DNA of 64,000 bases from an uncultured Acidobacteriota bacterium (GTDB lineage: Bacteria > Acidobacteriota > Thermoanaerobaculia > Multivoradales > UBA5704). A model generated the notes under the pieces. That model worked only from the letters and a program-made list of their open reading frames with translations. It had not been told where the DNA came from and did no database searches. Shown one piece after another: positions 1 through 9,531 of this stretch (positions are counted from its first letter, which is position 1; every line of letters starts with the position of its first letter). The position numbers and the translations under genes are program-made. The stretch is taken from contig CAVYRF010000001.1 of the NCBI GenBank assembly GCA_963770895.1, positions 864,001-928,000 on the forward strand. The letters are read 5' to 3'.

Positions 1-3000
1 CGCCGACGCGCGACAGCATGAGGCCGGAGAGGGCGGGCGTCCGCGAATCGATGACGCCGTGGGTCGCGAAATGGACGATGCGGTAACGCGCCATGGCCGG
101 CGACAGGGCGGTCTCGCGGCTGGCCTGAAAGTCGAGGGCCAGCAGCGTTTCGCCGGCGGGAGCGATCGCGGCGATCGCCTGCGCCTCGCGCCGGGTCCAG
201 GGAAGCCTGGGGAATGGCTCGTCCGCCGCCTCGCCGCGCAATCGCGACTGGGCGCCGCCCGCCGTCCCGAGCTGCCGGCCGGCCGCGGGCACCCGCGGGT
301 CCGCGGCCGCGAACACCGGATCGGCCAGCACCGCCACCAGCTCCGGAGCGGGGACCCGGCGCGTGCTGCGCCGCTCTGCGGCCACCACCGAGGCCGACGG
401 AGCGATGACAATCTCGTGCGTGGCGAGCAGCGGCGCGCCGGCGGCGGTAGCTGCGGCAGACCCGGCACCGGCAGCCTGCGGCGCGGGCACCGGCACCGGC
501 AGCATGCCGAAGGGCACGTACTGCAGATCGCCGTCGGCGACGATGACCAGGCGCCTGGCGCCCAGCCGCCCGGCGACCGGGCCGAGCAGCATGCGAGCCA
601 GTTTCGCCGCCGCGTCCACGCCTGCACGCCCGGACTCCAGGGCGCTCCAGCGAGCGTGGACCGCCCGCGCGGCGGCCTCGATCCGCGCGCGCGCCGGCAG
701 CTCGAAACCGGTCACCGCGTCCCGCTCGACCGCCCACAGGAAGCTCCGCTCCTCGCCCAAGGCGTATTCGAGCAGCAACGTGTCGCCGTCCAGCAGCTCC
801 TGCACCTCGCGGCTGGTGGCCGGCGCCGGATGGGTGAGCGCCGCGTAGCGCGGGCTGTCGCGGCGGATCTCCGCCTCCACCTGGGCCAGCTCGTCGAGCA
901 CGGAGCGGATCTCGTCCTCGCCGGCCCGCCGCCGTCGCTCGGCGGCCGGCGCCCGCAGCAGCTCGGCCATGCGGCTCGCCTTGGCGTTGAGCCGCACCAG
1001 CAATGAGCGCTCGCGTTCGCGCAGCGCCGGCGCGACCCCGGCGCGAATGTCGGCATGCGCCTCCGCGAGCAGGTCGAGCAGGCTGCGGGCGCGCTCGCGC
1101 TCGCTGACTTCGAGCGCCCGGCGCGCGTACCCCTGTGCGGGGGCCTTGCGGTCGAGCTCCATCAGGAGGTCGATCTCGAGCTCGAACGCCTTGCGCTGCG
1201 AGGCCAGGAAGGAAGCGCGCAGATCGGGGTCGCTGTCCGTGCCGCGCAGGGTCTCGATCAGACCCAGGGCCTCTTCGACGTGCGCGCGGGCCGCCGCCGG
1301 CCGATCCAGCCGGCGCTCGGCCGCGGCGAGCGCCGTCAGGACGCCCGCGGTGCGGGCCGGGCTCGCCACGGCGCGCGCCAGCTCCAGCGCGCGATCCAGC
1401 ACCGGCGCCGCGTCCTGCGGTCGGTGCAGGGCCAGGTGGGCCTCACCGGTGACCTGGAGCACCGAGACGCCGTCGATGCGGTCCTCCAGCAGGTGCGCCA
1501 GCTCGTCCGCCCTGGCCAGCTCGGAGAGCGCCGCGGCCGGCGCCCCGGAGGCAACGTCCACCTTCGCCACCAGGAGCCGCGCCAGCAGTTCGCCGCCGCG
1601 ATCCGCGGCGGCGCTCGCCACTGCCGTGGCGCGCTCGCCCGCCGCCAGCGCCGGCGCCACCTGGCCGAGCTGGAAGGCGGTCTGACCCAGGTTGATCGCG
1701 CTCCGCACCTCGCCCTTCCTGTCCCCCGCGTCGCGGCGGATCGCCAGCGCCTCCGCGAAGTCGGCGTGCGCCCGCTGGAAGTCGCCCAGCCCGTAGTAGG
1801 CGCTGCCGCGATTGTGCAGCACCGAGGCTTCCCACAGCCGGTCGCCGGTGCGGCGGAAGATCGCCAGCGCCGGGCCGTACGCATCGAGCGCCTTGCCGAA
1901 TTCGCCGAGATTGCCGTAGAGGACTCCCAGGTTGTTGAGGGTCCGCGCCTCTGCCTTCGCATCGCCCAGCGAGCGCTGGCGCGCCAGGACCTGCCGATGG
2001 CTCTCCAGCGCCGCCTCCGGCTCGCCCAGGCCGATCTGGGCCGCCGCGAGGTTCTGCATGACGGCGGCCTCCCAGGCGCCTCGTTCCCCCGCGCGCCGCA
2101 ACAGGGCGAGCGCCTGTTCGTAGAGGCCCACCGCCTGCCGCAGGTCCCCCTGCGCGTGGCGAGCCAGGCCCAGGTCGTTGAGCGCCTCGCCTTCCAGGTC
2201 GGGCCGGCCGAGCCGGCGCGCCAGCTCCAGCGCGCGGCCCTGCGCCGCGACGGCCGGGTCTCCCAGCGCCGTGCGGGCAAGCCCGATGCCGCGCCACGCC
2301 GCCTCCTGGCCGCGCTCGTCCGCCAGCTCCTCGAAGCGCACCAAGGCCTGCTCGAAGAGCTCCAAGGCCGCCTTGGGCTGTCCGAGCGAGGCGTGCACCT
2401 CGGCGGCCGAGAGCGCGCATCTCGCCTCCTCGGACCGCCGCCCCAGTGCGTGCCAGCGGGTCAGCGCCTCCAGGTAGTCCGCGCCGCTGCGGCGCAACGA
2501 CTGCGCCGAGCCCTCCCGGTTGTGCGCCGCCGCCTCCGTCATCAGGCGTTCCGCGACCAGCCGCTCGCGGTCGGCGGGAGTCGCCGCGGGCAGCGCTTCC
2601 ACGCGCAAGACGTAGGAGCCGGGCGCGGCGCCCGGACTTGGCGCCCGCACCAGGATCTCGAGCGGACCGGTGGCATCCCGCGGCACCAACAAGGACTCCG
2701 GGCCGTCGCGTCGCGTCGGCCCGTCGACGGCGACCAGGGTCGGTCCGCCGGGGCGCCGCAGCGCCAACTCGACGTCGATCCCCTGCTGTTCCGCCGTCAC
2801 CAGAAGTGGAACGTCGGGAGCGGCTACGAGGTCGAAGACATGGCACTCGCCACCCGCCATCGACCGCTCGACGGCGGCCTCCGGCTGGAGCTGCAGGCGC
2901 GGCGGCGCGACTTCACCCGGAAGAAACGGCCACGCCGCGGCGGCCCCGCCGCAGACGGCCAGGCACAGAACGCAGTACAGGGCGCGGCGACGCTCAGGAC

Positions 3001-3013
3001 CCTCGGCGCGCAG
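1..3013 (-). CDS. Secreted TPR-repeat + CHAT (caspase-like) domain protein, 3' end outside window
   Basis: Not in the ORF track because it runs off the edge. I translated the start, 301-540 and 1-90 by hand, all in one frame: signal-like RRALYCVLCLAVCGGAAAAW, N-domain EQQGIDV..GPE..GSY, then ADGDLQYVPFGMLP, AVLADPVF and RYRIVHFATHG (catalytic His). The best start is CTG at 3013, 5 nt after AAGGAG. Confidence 0.9.
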   Translation of the reverse strand, partial: MRAEGPERRRALYCVLCLAVCGGAAAAWPFLPGEVAPPRLQLQPEAAVERSMAGGECHVFDLVAAPDVPLLVTAEQQGIDVELALRRPGGPTLVAVDGPTRRDGPESLLVPRDATGPLEILVRAPSPGAAPGSYVLRVEALPAATPADRERLVAERLMTEAAAHNREGSAQSLRRSGADYLEALTRWHALGRRSEEARCALSAAEVHASLGQPKAALELFEQALVRFEELADERGQEAAWRGIGLARTALGDPAVAAQGRALELARRLGRPDLEGEALNDLGLARHAQGDLRQAVGLYEQALALLRRAGERGAWEAAVMQNLAAAQIGLGEPEAALESHRQVLARQRSLGDAKAEARTLNNLGVLYGNLGEFGKALDAYGPALAIFRRTGDRLWEASVLHNRGSAYYGLGDFQRAHADFAEALAIRRDAGDRKGEVRSAINLGQTAFQLGQVAPALAAGERATAVASAAADRGGELLARLLVAKVDVASGAPAAALSELARADELAHLLEDRIDGVSVLQVTGEAHLALHRPQDAAPVLDRALELARAVASPARTAGVLTALAAAERRLDRPAAARAHVEEALGLIETLRGTDSDPDLRASFLASQRKAFELEIDLLMELDRKAPAQGYARRALEVSERERARSLLDLLAEAHADIRAGVAPALRERERSLLVRLNAKASRMAELLRAPAAERRRRAGEDEIRSVLDELAQVEAEIRRDSPRYAALTHPAPATSREVQELLDGDTLLLEYALGEERSFLWAVERDAVTGFELPARARIEAAARAVHARWSALESGRAGVDAAAKLARMLLGPVAGRLGARRLVIVADGDLQYVPFGMLPVPVPAPQAAGAGSAAATAAGAPLLATHEIVIAPSASVVAAERRSTRRVPAPELVAVLADPVFAAADPRVPAAGRQLGTAGGAQSRLRGEAADEPFPRLPWTRREAQAIAAIAPAGETLLALDFQASRETALSPAMARYRIVHFATHGVIDSRTPALSGLMLSRVG

Positions 3014-3186
3014 CTGGGCTCCTTTTGATGAGGCCGTGATCGTACCACCGCCGCTGCGATCGGGTGAGATAAGGCGCCGGGTCGAGGCACCTATCGCTCG
3101 TCAGCCCATCAACCAGCCCCCAGCACGCAGGGGCACCACCGGAAGGGGCAGTAGGCTCCCCGGTCGGAACCGAAAGGAGACCGCAA

Positions 3187-3687
3187 ATGCGACGCAAGCT
3201 CACCGTGCTCTTTACCATGGTCTGTTGGTGCCTGGTGGCAGGAAACCTCCTCGCCGCCGAGACCGCCGCGACGACCAAAGCCAAGCCTTCCCCGGCGAGG
3301 GTGCATCCCGGCAGGCTCGACAAGGGCGACCCCGACATGGTGCCCATGTTGGGCTGCGGGGATCTCCTGGTCTACTGGTCGGGCACCAATCCACTCACCG
3401 TCTCGAACGTGGCTTGCGACCACGGGTACTATCAGGGAACTCTTCCTTCCTCGGGAACCTTCATCACGTCCACGACGGCGCAAAGCTCTGTCTACGGCCC
3501 CGACTGCACCTTCACGGTTTCGGGCGGTTCGGCGGTCGTAGTCGTAGAAGCGCAACAGAATTACTGCGCGTTCGAAGCGGGCGCGATCACCGTCAAAGTC
3601 ATCTCCGGCCCTGCTGTCGTCACCAAGACACTGCAAGGCTCGTATGGGCAAAGCCTCCCCGGCCAGGCGTGGGTTACCATCAATTGA
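3187..3687 (+). CDS. Hypothetical secreted beta-rich, Cys-containing protein
   Basis: AAAGGAG RBS; signal peptide MRRKLTVLFTMVCWCLVAGNLLA; Thr/Ser/Val/Gly-rich mature part with 4 Cys; followed by a hairpin. Confidence 0.85.
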   Translation: MRRKLTVLFTMVCWCLVAGNLLAAETAATTKAKPSPARVHPGRLDKGDPDMVPMLGCGDLLVYWSGTNPLTVSNVACDHGYYQGTLPSSGTFITSTTAQSSVYGPDCTFTVSGGSAVVVVEAQQNYCAFEAGAITVKVISGPAVVTKTLQGSYGQSLPGQAWVTIN

Positions 3688-3696
3688 AGGAGTGCG

Positions 3697-3731
3697 GCCG
3701 GGCCAACGCGGTCAACCCGCGTTGGCCCGGC
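3697..3731. terminator. Perfect 15-bp stem hairpin between convergent genes
   Basis: GCCGGGCCAACGCGG-tcaac-CCGCGTTGGCCCGGC; no U-tract. Confidence 0.65.
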
Positions 3732-3745
3732 GCGCCACGCTCTGG

Positions 3746-4165
3746 TCAGGAGGCAGGCTTGTACAGAAGGCCGATGACCATGCCGGTCAAGGTCCATTGG
3801 ATCAGGTACGCCACCGCGGAATAGACGGTCAGCCGCGCGCCGATGTTCAGGTTGACGTAGTTGTGCACGACGAAGGAACCGATGGCGAACACTCCGATCA
3901 GTGCGCCGAAGGAGGCGCCGCCGGCGAGCCCCGCACCGCTCCTCGCCATCATCGCGTAGAGCACCGCGAGGGCCAGGATCGCCAGGAACATGGCGGCCAT
4001 GCCGACCGGCATATACCCCATCATCGTGTCCTGGGACCTGTAGACCGTGGGGTATTTGCGGAACTCGTCGCGCAGGAACGGCGCCACGGCAAAGGTGATC
4101 CCGCCAAGCACGAAATACGTTACAAAGGCGCCCACCGCTGCCAGAGCAATACGACCGAGGTTCAT
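3746..4165 (-). CDS. Four-TM membrane protein (DUF1761-like)
   Basis: Four hydrophobic segments and a GASFGALIG motif; AAGGA RBS before the ATG at 4165. Confidence 0.8.
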   Translation of the reverse strand: MNLGRIALAAVGAFVTYFVLGGITFAVAPFLRDEFRKYPTVYRSQDTMMGYMPVGMAAMFLAILALAVLYAMMARSGAGLAGGASFGALIGVFAIGSFVVHNYVNLNIGARLTVYSAVAYLIQWTLTGMVIGLLYKPAS

Positions 4166-4244
4166 CGGCAATCCTTTCCAGGTGAGGTCATGGTTGGACG
4201 GTAAGCTTGTCTGAGCCGGCGCTGCGCTCGGATGGCCCGCGGTG

Positions 4245-5153
4245 TCAGTCCTTGGGTGGCGGCAGCACCTGGAAGGAGATCTCGGTGCTTCCTGCCGCCG
4301 CCTTGGGGTTGGTGAGCAGCAGGCGATAGGCGCCGGGCGGCAGCAGGCTCGGGGGGAAGCTCAGCACCACGGTGTCTTCCGCGGTGGCGCGCAGGCCGCC
4401 GGCGCTCCAGCGGGTCTGGCCGCCGGCGTCGAGCAGGCTGGCGCTCCAGGTGCCCCTTTCCGGGGAGCCTAGATCGATCGACAGCACGATGCGCTGGGCG
4501 CCGGGAGTCAGGACGATGCGGTTGGCCGGGCCACCGCCCCGCACCAGGCCCAGGGTGTAGAGGGCGACGTTGACTTCGGGACGGGTCAGCTCGGCGACGC
4601 GCACCGCCAGCTCGCCGGCGCGCTGGCGCTCGGCCTTGAGCTGGTCGTCGCGACGCTGCAGCTCCTGGGCAAGACGCTGCTGCTCCGCCTGCCAGGCTGG
4701 CGCGGTGCCCGCTCCGGGAGGGCTGGCGGGAAGCGTGGACGGTGCGATCGCAGTCGCGGTCGCGGTCGCGGGCGGCGGAGGTGAGGCTGGGCGCGGGCCG
4801 GCGGTGGATCCGGCCAGGGCGATCTGGTGGCGCAGGCGGGCGTCTTCGACGAGCAGCACGGCCGGCAGGGCGGCGACCAGCAGCAGGCCGGCGACCAAGC
4901 CGAGGCGGGCGGTCCGGCCCCGACGGACCAGCCAGGCCAGGATGCCGGCTTGGACGGCGCGCTGGTGGGCATCCGCGGCATCGGCGGCCAGGGCCTGCAA
5001 GGAGCCGTGCAGGCGCTCGGCCCACAGCACGCGCTCGCGGCACTCGCCGCAGGCCAGCAGGTGCTCCTCGAACTCGGCTGCCGCGGCCGGGGGAAGGCGA
5101 CCGAGGGCGTAGGACTCGGCGACGCTCCCCTCCTCGATCTCCGCGTGATCCAT
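4245..5153 (-). CDS. zf-HC2 anti-sigma factor with TM helix, coiled coil and extracytoplasmic beta domain
   Basis: MDHAEIE..FEEHLLACGEC (HxxxCxxC); TM LGLVAGLLLVAALPAVLL; C-terminal LPPGAYRLLL; GAGGA RBS; directly downstream of the sigma gene. The longer ORF-track start is spurious. Confidence 0.9.
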   Translation of the reverse strand: MDHAEIEEGSVAESYALGRLPPAAAAEFEEHLLACGECRERVLWAERLHGSLQALAADAADAHQRAVQAGILAWLVRRGRTARLGLVAGLLLVAALPAVLLVEDARLRHQIALAGSTAGPRPASPPPPATATATAIAPSTLPASPPGAGTAPAWQAEQQRLAQELQRRDDQLKAERQRAGELAVRVAELTRPEVNVALYTLGLVRGGGPANRIVLTPGAQRIVLSIDLGSPERGTWSASLLDAGGQTRWSAGGLRATAEDTVVLSFPPSLLPPGAYRLLLTNPKAAAGSTEISFQVLPPPKD

Positions 5154-5166
5154 CTGGGTCTCCTCG

Positions 5167-5820
5167 CTAGCTGTCGCGCCGGCCGCCCAGGACCGCCTCG
5201 AAGAGGGCCTGGTAGCGGCGGCGGGCGCGGAACAGCACCATGTTGAACTCGGCGCGGGTGAGGCCCAAGTCGGCCTCGATGCGCTCCTTGTCCTCCTCCT
5301 CCAGGTAGAAGCGGAGCAGGACAAGACGGTCCCGCTCGATCGGCAGCTCGTCGAGCAGGCGGCGCGCCAGGCCGATCTTCTCCTGGCGCAGGAGGCTGGC
5401 GAGCGGTCCCGGTCCGGGGTCCGGCGGGTCGAGCGCGGCATGAAGCGGCGCCTCGCGCTCGCTGTGGCGGGACTGGCGCCGGTAGTGGTCGATGCTCAGG
5501 TTCCAGGCCAGGCCGCGCAGGAACGACGGCAGGCTTGCCGGGTCGCGCAGCTCGCCGCGGCGGAGCTTTTCGATCGCCCGGCTGAGGGTTTCCTGGCAGA
5601 GGTCCGCCGCCGTCTCACGGTCCCGCGTCCAGCGCCGGACCAGGAAGGCGAGGCCTTCGCCGTAGGTTTCCACCAGGATCTCTTCGGCCCGTCGATCGCC
5701 GGCCTGGATGCGGCGCACCAGGTCGGCCGCCTGTGGCGCCGCGTCGCTCACCAGGTCCTGCGGTTCGGGAGGGCGCCGGGCGCGGCTCTGCCGGCTGCTG
5801 AAGGCCAGTACGCTGGCCAT
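5167..5820 (-). CDS. ECF (sigma-70 family) RNA polymerase sigma factor
   Basis: Region 2 AADLCQETL..FLRGLAWNLSIDHYRR; region 4 LDELPIERDRLVLLRFY..LGL..VLFRARRR. Confidence 0.93.
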   Translation of the reverse strand: MASVLAFSSRQSRARRPPEPQDLVSDAAPQAADLVRRIQAGDRRAEEILVETYGEGLAFLVRRWTRDRETAADLCQETLSRAIEKLRRGELRDPASLPSFLRGLAWNLSIDHYRRQSRHSEREAPLHAALDPPDPGPGPLASLLRQEKIGLARRLLDELPIERDRLVLLRFYLEEEDKERIEADLGLTRAEFNMVLFRARRRYQALFEAVLGGRRDS

Positions 5821-5921
5821 GCTGTCTCCGCGGGCTGCCGTCCACGCGCCACCGAGCGCTGCGGAGCCCTCTCTACTGGACAGTGGCGGCAGGTCACGGA
5901 GAATTTCACCTCGGCTTCGCG

Positions 5922-5930
5922 CTTATAGCA
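5922..5930 (-). promoter_or_regulatory. Possible extended -10 element for the sigma gene
   Basis: TGcTATAAG on the minus strand, about 100 nt upstream of the sigma start, in an AT-richer gap. Confidence 0.35.
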
Positions 5931-5958
5931 CGAATACTACGCCCAGGGATGGCCGGGC

Positions 5959-8900
5959 TCAGGGGGCCGGCACGCGCCAATCGCCTTCCAGGATAAACCC
6001 CGCCCAATAGTAGGGGTCGCGCCAGCGCGGCTGCTGCCGCAGGTCCAGCTGGGCCTGCCGCAGGGCCGCGGCGGGGGAGCGTCCGTCGCGGAGCATGGCG
6101 CGGTAGAAGCGCTGCATCAGCTCGGCGGTGGCGCGGTCGCGCACCGGCCAGAGGCTGGCCAGCACCTGCGAGGCGCCGGCGTGGAAAAACGCGCGGGTGA
6201 GCCCCAGGATCCCCTCACCGCGCACCGTCGCGCCCAGGGCGGTTTCGCAGCCGGAAAGCACCACCAGATCGGCGCCCAGCCGCAGCCGGTAGACGTCGTC
6301 GACGCGCAGGAATCCCTCCCGCGGCCGCCCCTGCTCGTCCACCCGCGACAGCACCAGGCCGGAGAGCGCGGGGTGGCGCGTGTCGAGCACGCCGTGGGTG
6401 GCGAAATGGAGCACCCGGTAGCGCGCCAGGGCACCGGTCGTCGCCAGCTCGCGGCTGGCCTGGAAATCGAGCGCCAGCAGCACCTGGCGGTCGCCGGCCT
6501 CGGCGGCGGCCATCTGCGCTTCGCGCCGGGTCCAGGGGAGGCGCGCGAAGCTCTCGCCCGCGGCGCCACGGTCGCGCGGGGCACCGTCGGCCGGTGCCGC
6601 CATCACTGCTGCCCCAGCCGCCGCCGGCGATCGGTCTGTGGGCGCCCCGCTACCGCTTTCGCCATCCCCTGCGCCACCGCCCGCGGCGGGCTGGCGCACC
6701 CGCGGATCGGCGAGGTCGAACACCGGGTCGGCGAGCACCGCCAGGGTTTCGGGCGCCGCCGGCCGGGCGGCGCGGGCGCGCCGCAGCTCGCGGACCACCG
6801 CCGCCGACGGCAGCTCGATCACCTCGTGGGCGGCGAGCAGCGGCTGGCCGGCGGCGGTGGCGGTGGCGGCATCGCCGGCGCAGGGACCGGCGCCGCAGCC
6901 GGCTGCGAGCTTGGGGTCGGATTCGGGCGGCTCGGGCAGGGCGCCGAAGGGGACGTAGAGCAGCGCCCCGTCGGCGACCACCGCCACGCGCTTGCCGCCC
7001 AGGCTGCCGGCGACCGGCGCCAGCAGCAGCCGGCCGAGCGCCGCCAGGTCCTGCCCGGCCTCCAGCCCGGCCGCGGCGCCGCCGCCCTGGCGCGGCGCCG
7101 CCAGCTGATCGTGCACCCGGTGCGCCAGCGCCTCGATCTGCGACCGGCCGGGCAGCTCGAAGCTGGCGAGCGACCGCGCCGTCAACCGCCACAGGTGGCT
7201 GTGCGGCTCGGCCAGGAAGTACTCCAGCAGGACGGTATCGTCGTCCAGCGCCTGCTGCTGCAGATCCGCCAGGCGCACGTCCGGTTGCTGCAAGAGCGCA
7301 TAGTCCGGGCTGCTGGCCGCGAGCCGCTCGGCGGCGATCTCGTAGCGCGTCGCGAGCGCCGCCAGGTCGGCGTCGAGCGCCGCCACCTCCGCCGCGCGCG
7401 CCGGCACGGCCAGGGCTTCGCCGCGCAGCGCCGCCTTGGCGTTGAGCTCCAGGCGCAGCCGCTCTTCCAGCTGCACCAGCGCCGGATCGCCCTGCCGCAG
7501 CTCGACGCGCGCCTCGCGCAGGAAGTCGAGCATGCCGCGCGCCCGCGCCCGCTCGGCCACCTCCAGGGCGCGGCCGCCCAGGCCGGCGGCGGGATCGGCG
7601 CGGTCGAGCTGCAGCAGGATGTCGATCTCCATCTCGTAGGCGCGGCGCTGCGCCGCGAGATACGCGACGCGCAGCTGGTCGCCCGCCGCCTCGGCGTGCA
7701 GCGACTCGATGCGGGTGAGCGCCTGCTCGATCGCCGTCCTGGCCGCCGCCAGGTCGCCGCGCGCCTGCTGCTGGCGCGCCATCTCTTCCAGCACGCGGAT
7801 CTCGTCGGTGGCGTCGGCCGCCTGCCGCGCCAGCGCCAGGGCGGCGGCGAGCGCGCGGGCGGCGGCGGGCGCATCGCCGCCGGCGTCGACCTGCGCCAGG
7901 CCCAGCCAGGCCTCGGCCTGGCCGGCCAGGTCGGCCCCGGCGCTGGCCAGGGCGAGCGCCTGCCGCAGCTCCTCGCCGGCGCGCGCCGCCTCGCCGCCGC
8001 CAAGGTGGAGAAAGCCCAGGGTGCGCAGCGCCGCGGCCTCGCCTTCCGGGTGGGCCATGGCGCGGCTGGTGGCCAGCGCCTGCTCGGCCAGGGTCGCCGC
8101 ATCCCGCGGCCGCTCCTGCGCCTGGGCGACGCGCGCCAGCAGCAGCCGGGCGCGGGCCTGGTCGCGCGGATCGCGCAGCAGCGGCAGGGCGCCCGCGAGC
8201 GCCGCCTGCGCCGCGTCGCCTTCGCCCATCTCCGCCAAGAGGCCGCCCAGGTCGACCCGCGCCAGCCCTTCGTTGGCCGGATCGTGGGCCGCGCGGTAGC
8301 TCTCGGCCGCCGCGGCCAGCGACTCGACCGCCTGGTGCACCAGGCCCAGGCGCAGATCCAGGCGCCCCAGGCGGTCCTGCGCCTCGGCCTCCAGGCTGGG
8401 GTTGTCCAGGCCGCGCGCCAGGGCGAGGGCGCGGGTGAAGTCGTCCAGCGCCTGGGTGGCGCGCCCCTCGCGCTCGTCGGCGCCGCCCAGGGCGTCCAGG
8501 ATCAACGCCTCCCCCGAGCGGTCGCCCTGGGCGCGGTAGATGCCCATCGCCCTCTCGAAGGCGGCGCGCGCCCCCGGCAGGTCGCCCAGGTCGGCCTGCA
8601 AGCGCGCCAGGTTGTAAAGGGTGTGCGCCACGCTGTAGGGCCGGTCCGCCGCCTCCTGCAGCGCCAGCGCCTGGCGGAAGGCGGCCAGGGCGCCGCGGGT
8701 GTCGCCCTGGTAGCGCCGCACGCGGCCGATCTGGTGCAGCGCCTTGCCCTCGCCGCCGCGGTCGCCCAGCTGGCGCCAGAGGTCGGCGGCGCGGGCGAAG
8801 AGCGGCGCCGCGGCGGCGGGCTGGTTGGCCAGGATCTCGCTTTCGCCCGCCAGGTAGCAGGCGGCGGCCTCGCCGCCGCGGTCGGCCAGGCGGCTCCAGG

Positions 8901-9531
8901 TGGGCAGCGTGCCGCGGCTCAGCTCCAGGGCCCTGGCCAGGTCGTCCGGGCTCCCCTGGTAGAGATGCTCGACGGCGGCGGCCAGGTCGGTTTCGGCGGC
9001 GGTGCGCAGGCGGTCCGCGGCGTGCGCCGGCCGGCGCGCGGCGAGGACGATGCGGTAGCTCCCCGCCGCCGCCTCGGTGGCGCTCTGCGGCGCGACCTCG
9101 AAGGTGTAGCGACCGCCGCCGGCGGCCACCACCGCGGCCGCCAGGTCGCCGTAGCGGTCGCTCGGGCTGGTCACCCGCAGCACCTCGGCGCCGGCCGGCG
9201 AGCGCACGACGATGCGCAGCGCCGCGCCCTGCATGGTGACCACCACGCGCGCGTAGTCGTCCGCGGCCAGATCGACGGTGTAGGCGTGGGCCGGCAGCCG
9301 GCGGGCGTCGCGGTCCAGGCTGACGCCAGGCTCCAGGGGCTCGGGTGAGTCTGCGGGTGAGGCGACGGACGGGATGGCGTTGCCGGCGAGCGCCGGCGCG
9401 ACGAGCAGCAGGAGGAACGGCAGGAGGACCGCGAAGCGGCGCCGCGGGCTCAGGCCGGCGCGCTGGCGGCGTCGGCGGCCTGGTGCGCCCGCGGGCGAGG
9501 ATCGACGCTCAGTATGCCTGGACGCCGCCAT
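5959..9531 (-). CDS. Secreted TPR-repeat + CHAT (caspase-like) protease
   Basis: Signal/TM FAVLLPFLLLLVAPALA; many TPR-like repeats; CHAT catalytic dyad HFATHG and VVLSGCET; C-terminal PYYWAGF. Exact start uncertain. Confidence 0.93.
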   Translation of the reverse strand: MAASRHTERRSSPAGAPGRRRRQRAGLSPRRRFAVLLPFLLLLVAPALAGNAIPSVASPADSPEPLEPGVSLDRDARRLPAHAYTVDLAADDYARVVVTMQGAALRIVVRSPAGAEVLRVTSPSDRYGDLAAAVVAAGGGRYTFEVAPQSATEAAAGSYRIVLAARRPAHAADRLRTAAETDLAAAVEHLYQGSPDDLARALELSRGTLPTWSRLADRGGEAAACYLAGESEILANQPAAAAPLFARAADLWRQLGDRGGEGKALHQIGRVRRYQGDTRGALAAFRQALALQEAADRPYSVAHTLYNLARLQADLGDLPGARAAFERAMGIYRAQGDRSGEALILDALGGADEREGRATQALDDFTRALALARGLDNPSLEAEAQDRLGRLDLRLGLVHQAVESLAAAAESYRAAHDPANEGLARVDLGGLLAEMGEGDAAQAALAGALPLLRDPRDQARARLLLARVAQAQERPRDAATLAEQALATSRAMAHPEGEAAALRTLGFLHLGGGEAARAGEELRQALALASAGADLAGQAEAWLGLAQVDAGGDAPAAARALAAALALARQAADATDEIRVLEEMARQQQARGDLAAARTAIEQALTRIESLHAEAAGDQLRVAYLAAQRRAYEMEIDILLQLDRADPAAGLGGRALEVAERARARGMLDFLREARVELRQGDPALVQLEERLRLELNAKAALRGEALAVPARAAEVAALDADLAALATRYEIAAERLAASSPDYALLQQPDVRLADLQQQALDDDTVLLEYFLAEPHSHLWRLTARSLASFELPGRSQIEALAHRVHDQLAAPRQGGGAAAGLEAGQDLAALGRLLLAPVAGSLGGKRVAVVADGALLYVPFGALPEPPESDPKLAAGCGAGPCAGDAATATAAGQPLLAAHEVIELPSAAVVRELRRARAARPAAPETLAVLADPVFDLADPRVRQPAAGGGAGDGESGSGAPTDRSPAAAGAAVMAAPADGAPRDRGAAGESFARLPWTRREAQMAAAEAGDRQVLLALDFQASRELATTGALARYRVLHFATHGVLDTRHPALSGLVLSRVDEQGRPREGFLRVDDVYRLRLGADLVVLSGCETALGATVRGEGILGLTRAFFHAGASQVLASLWPVRDRATAELMQRFYRAMLRDGRSPAAALRQAQLDLRQQPRWRDPYYWAGFILEGDWRVPAP

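Noticed and set aside
59-3028. Plus-strand ORFs of 315 and 657 aa (and likewise 6181..9348)
   Set aside because: Shadows of the minus-strand CHAT genes; Arg/Gly/Ala-rich with no recognisable motifs.
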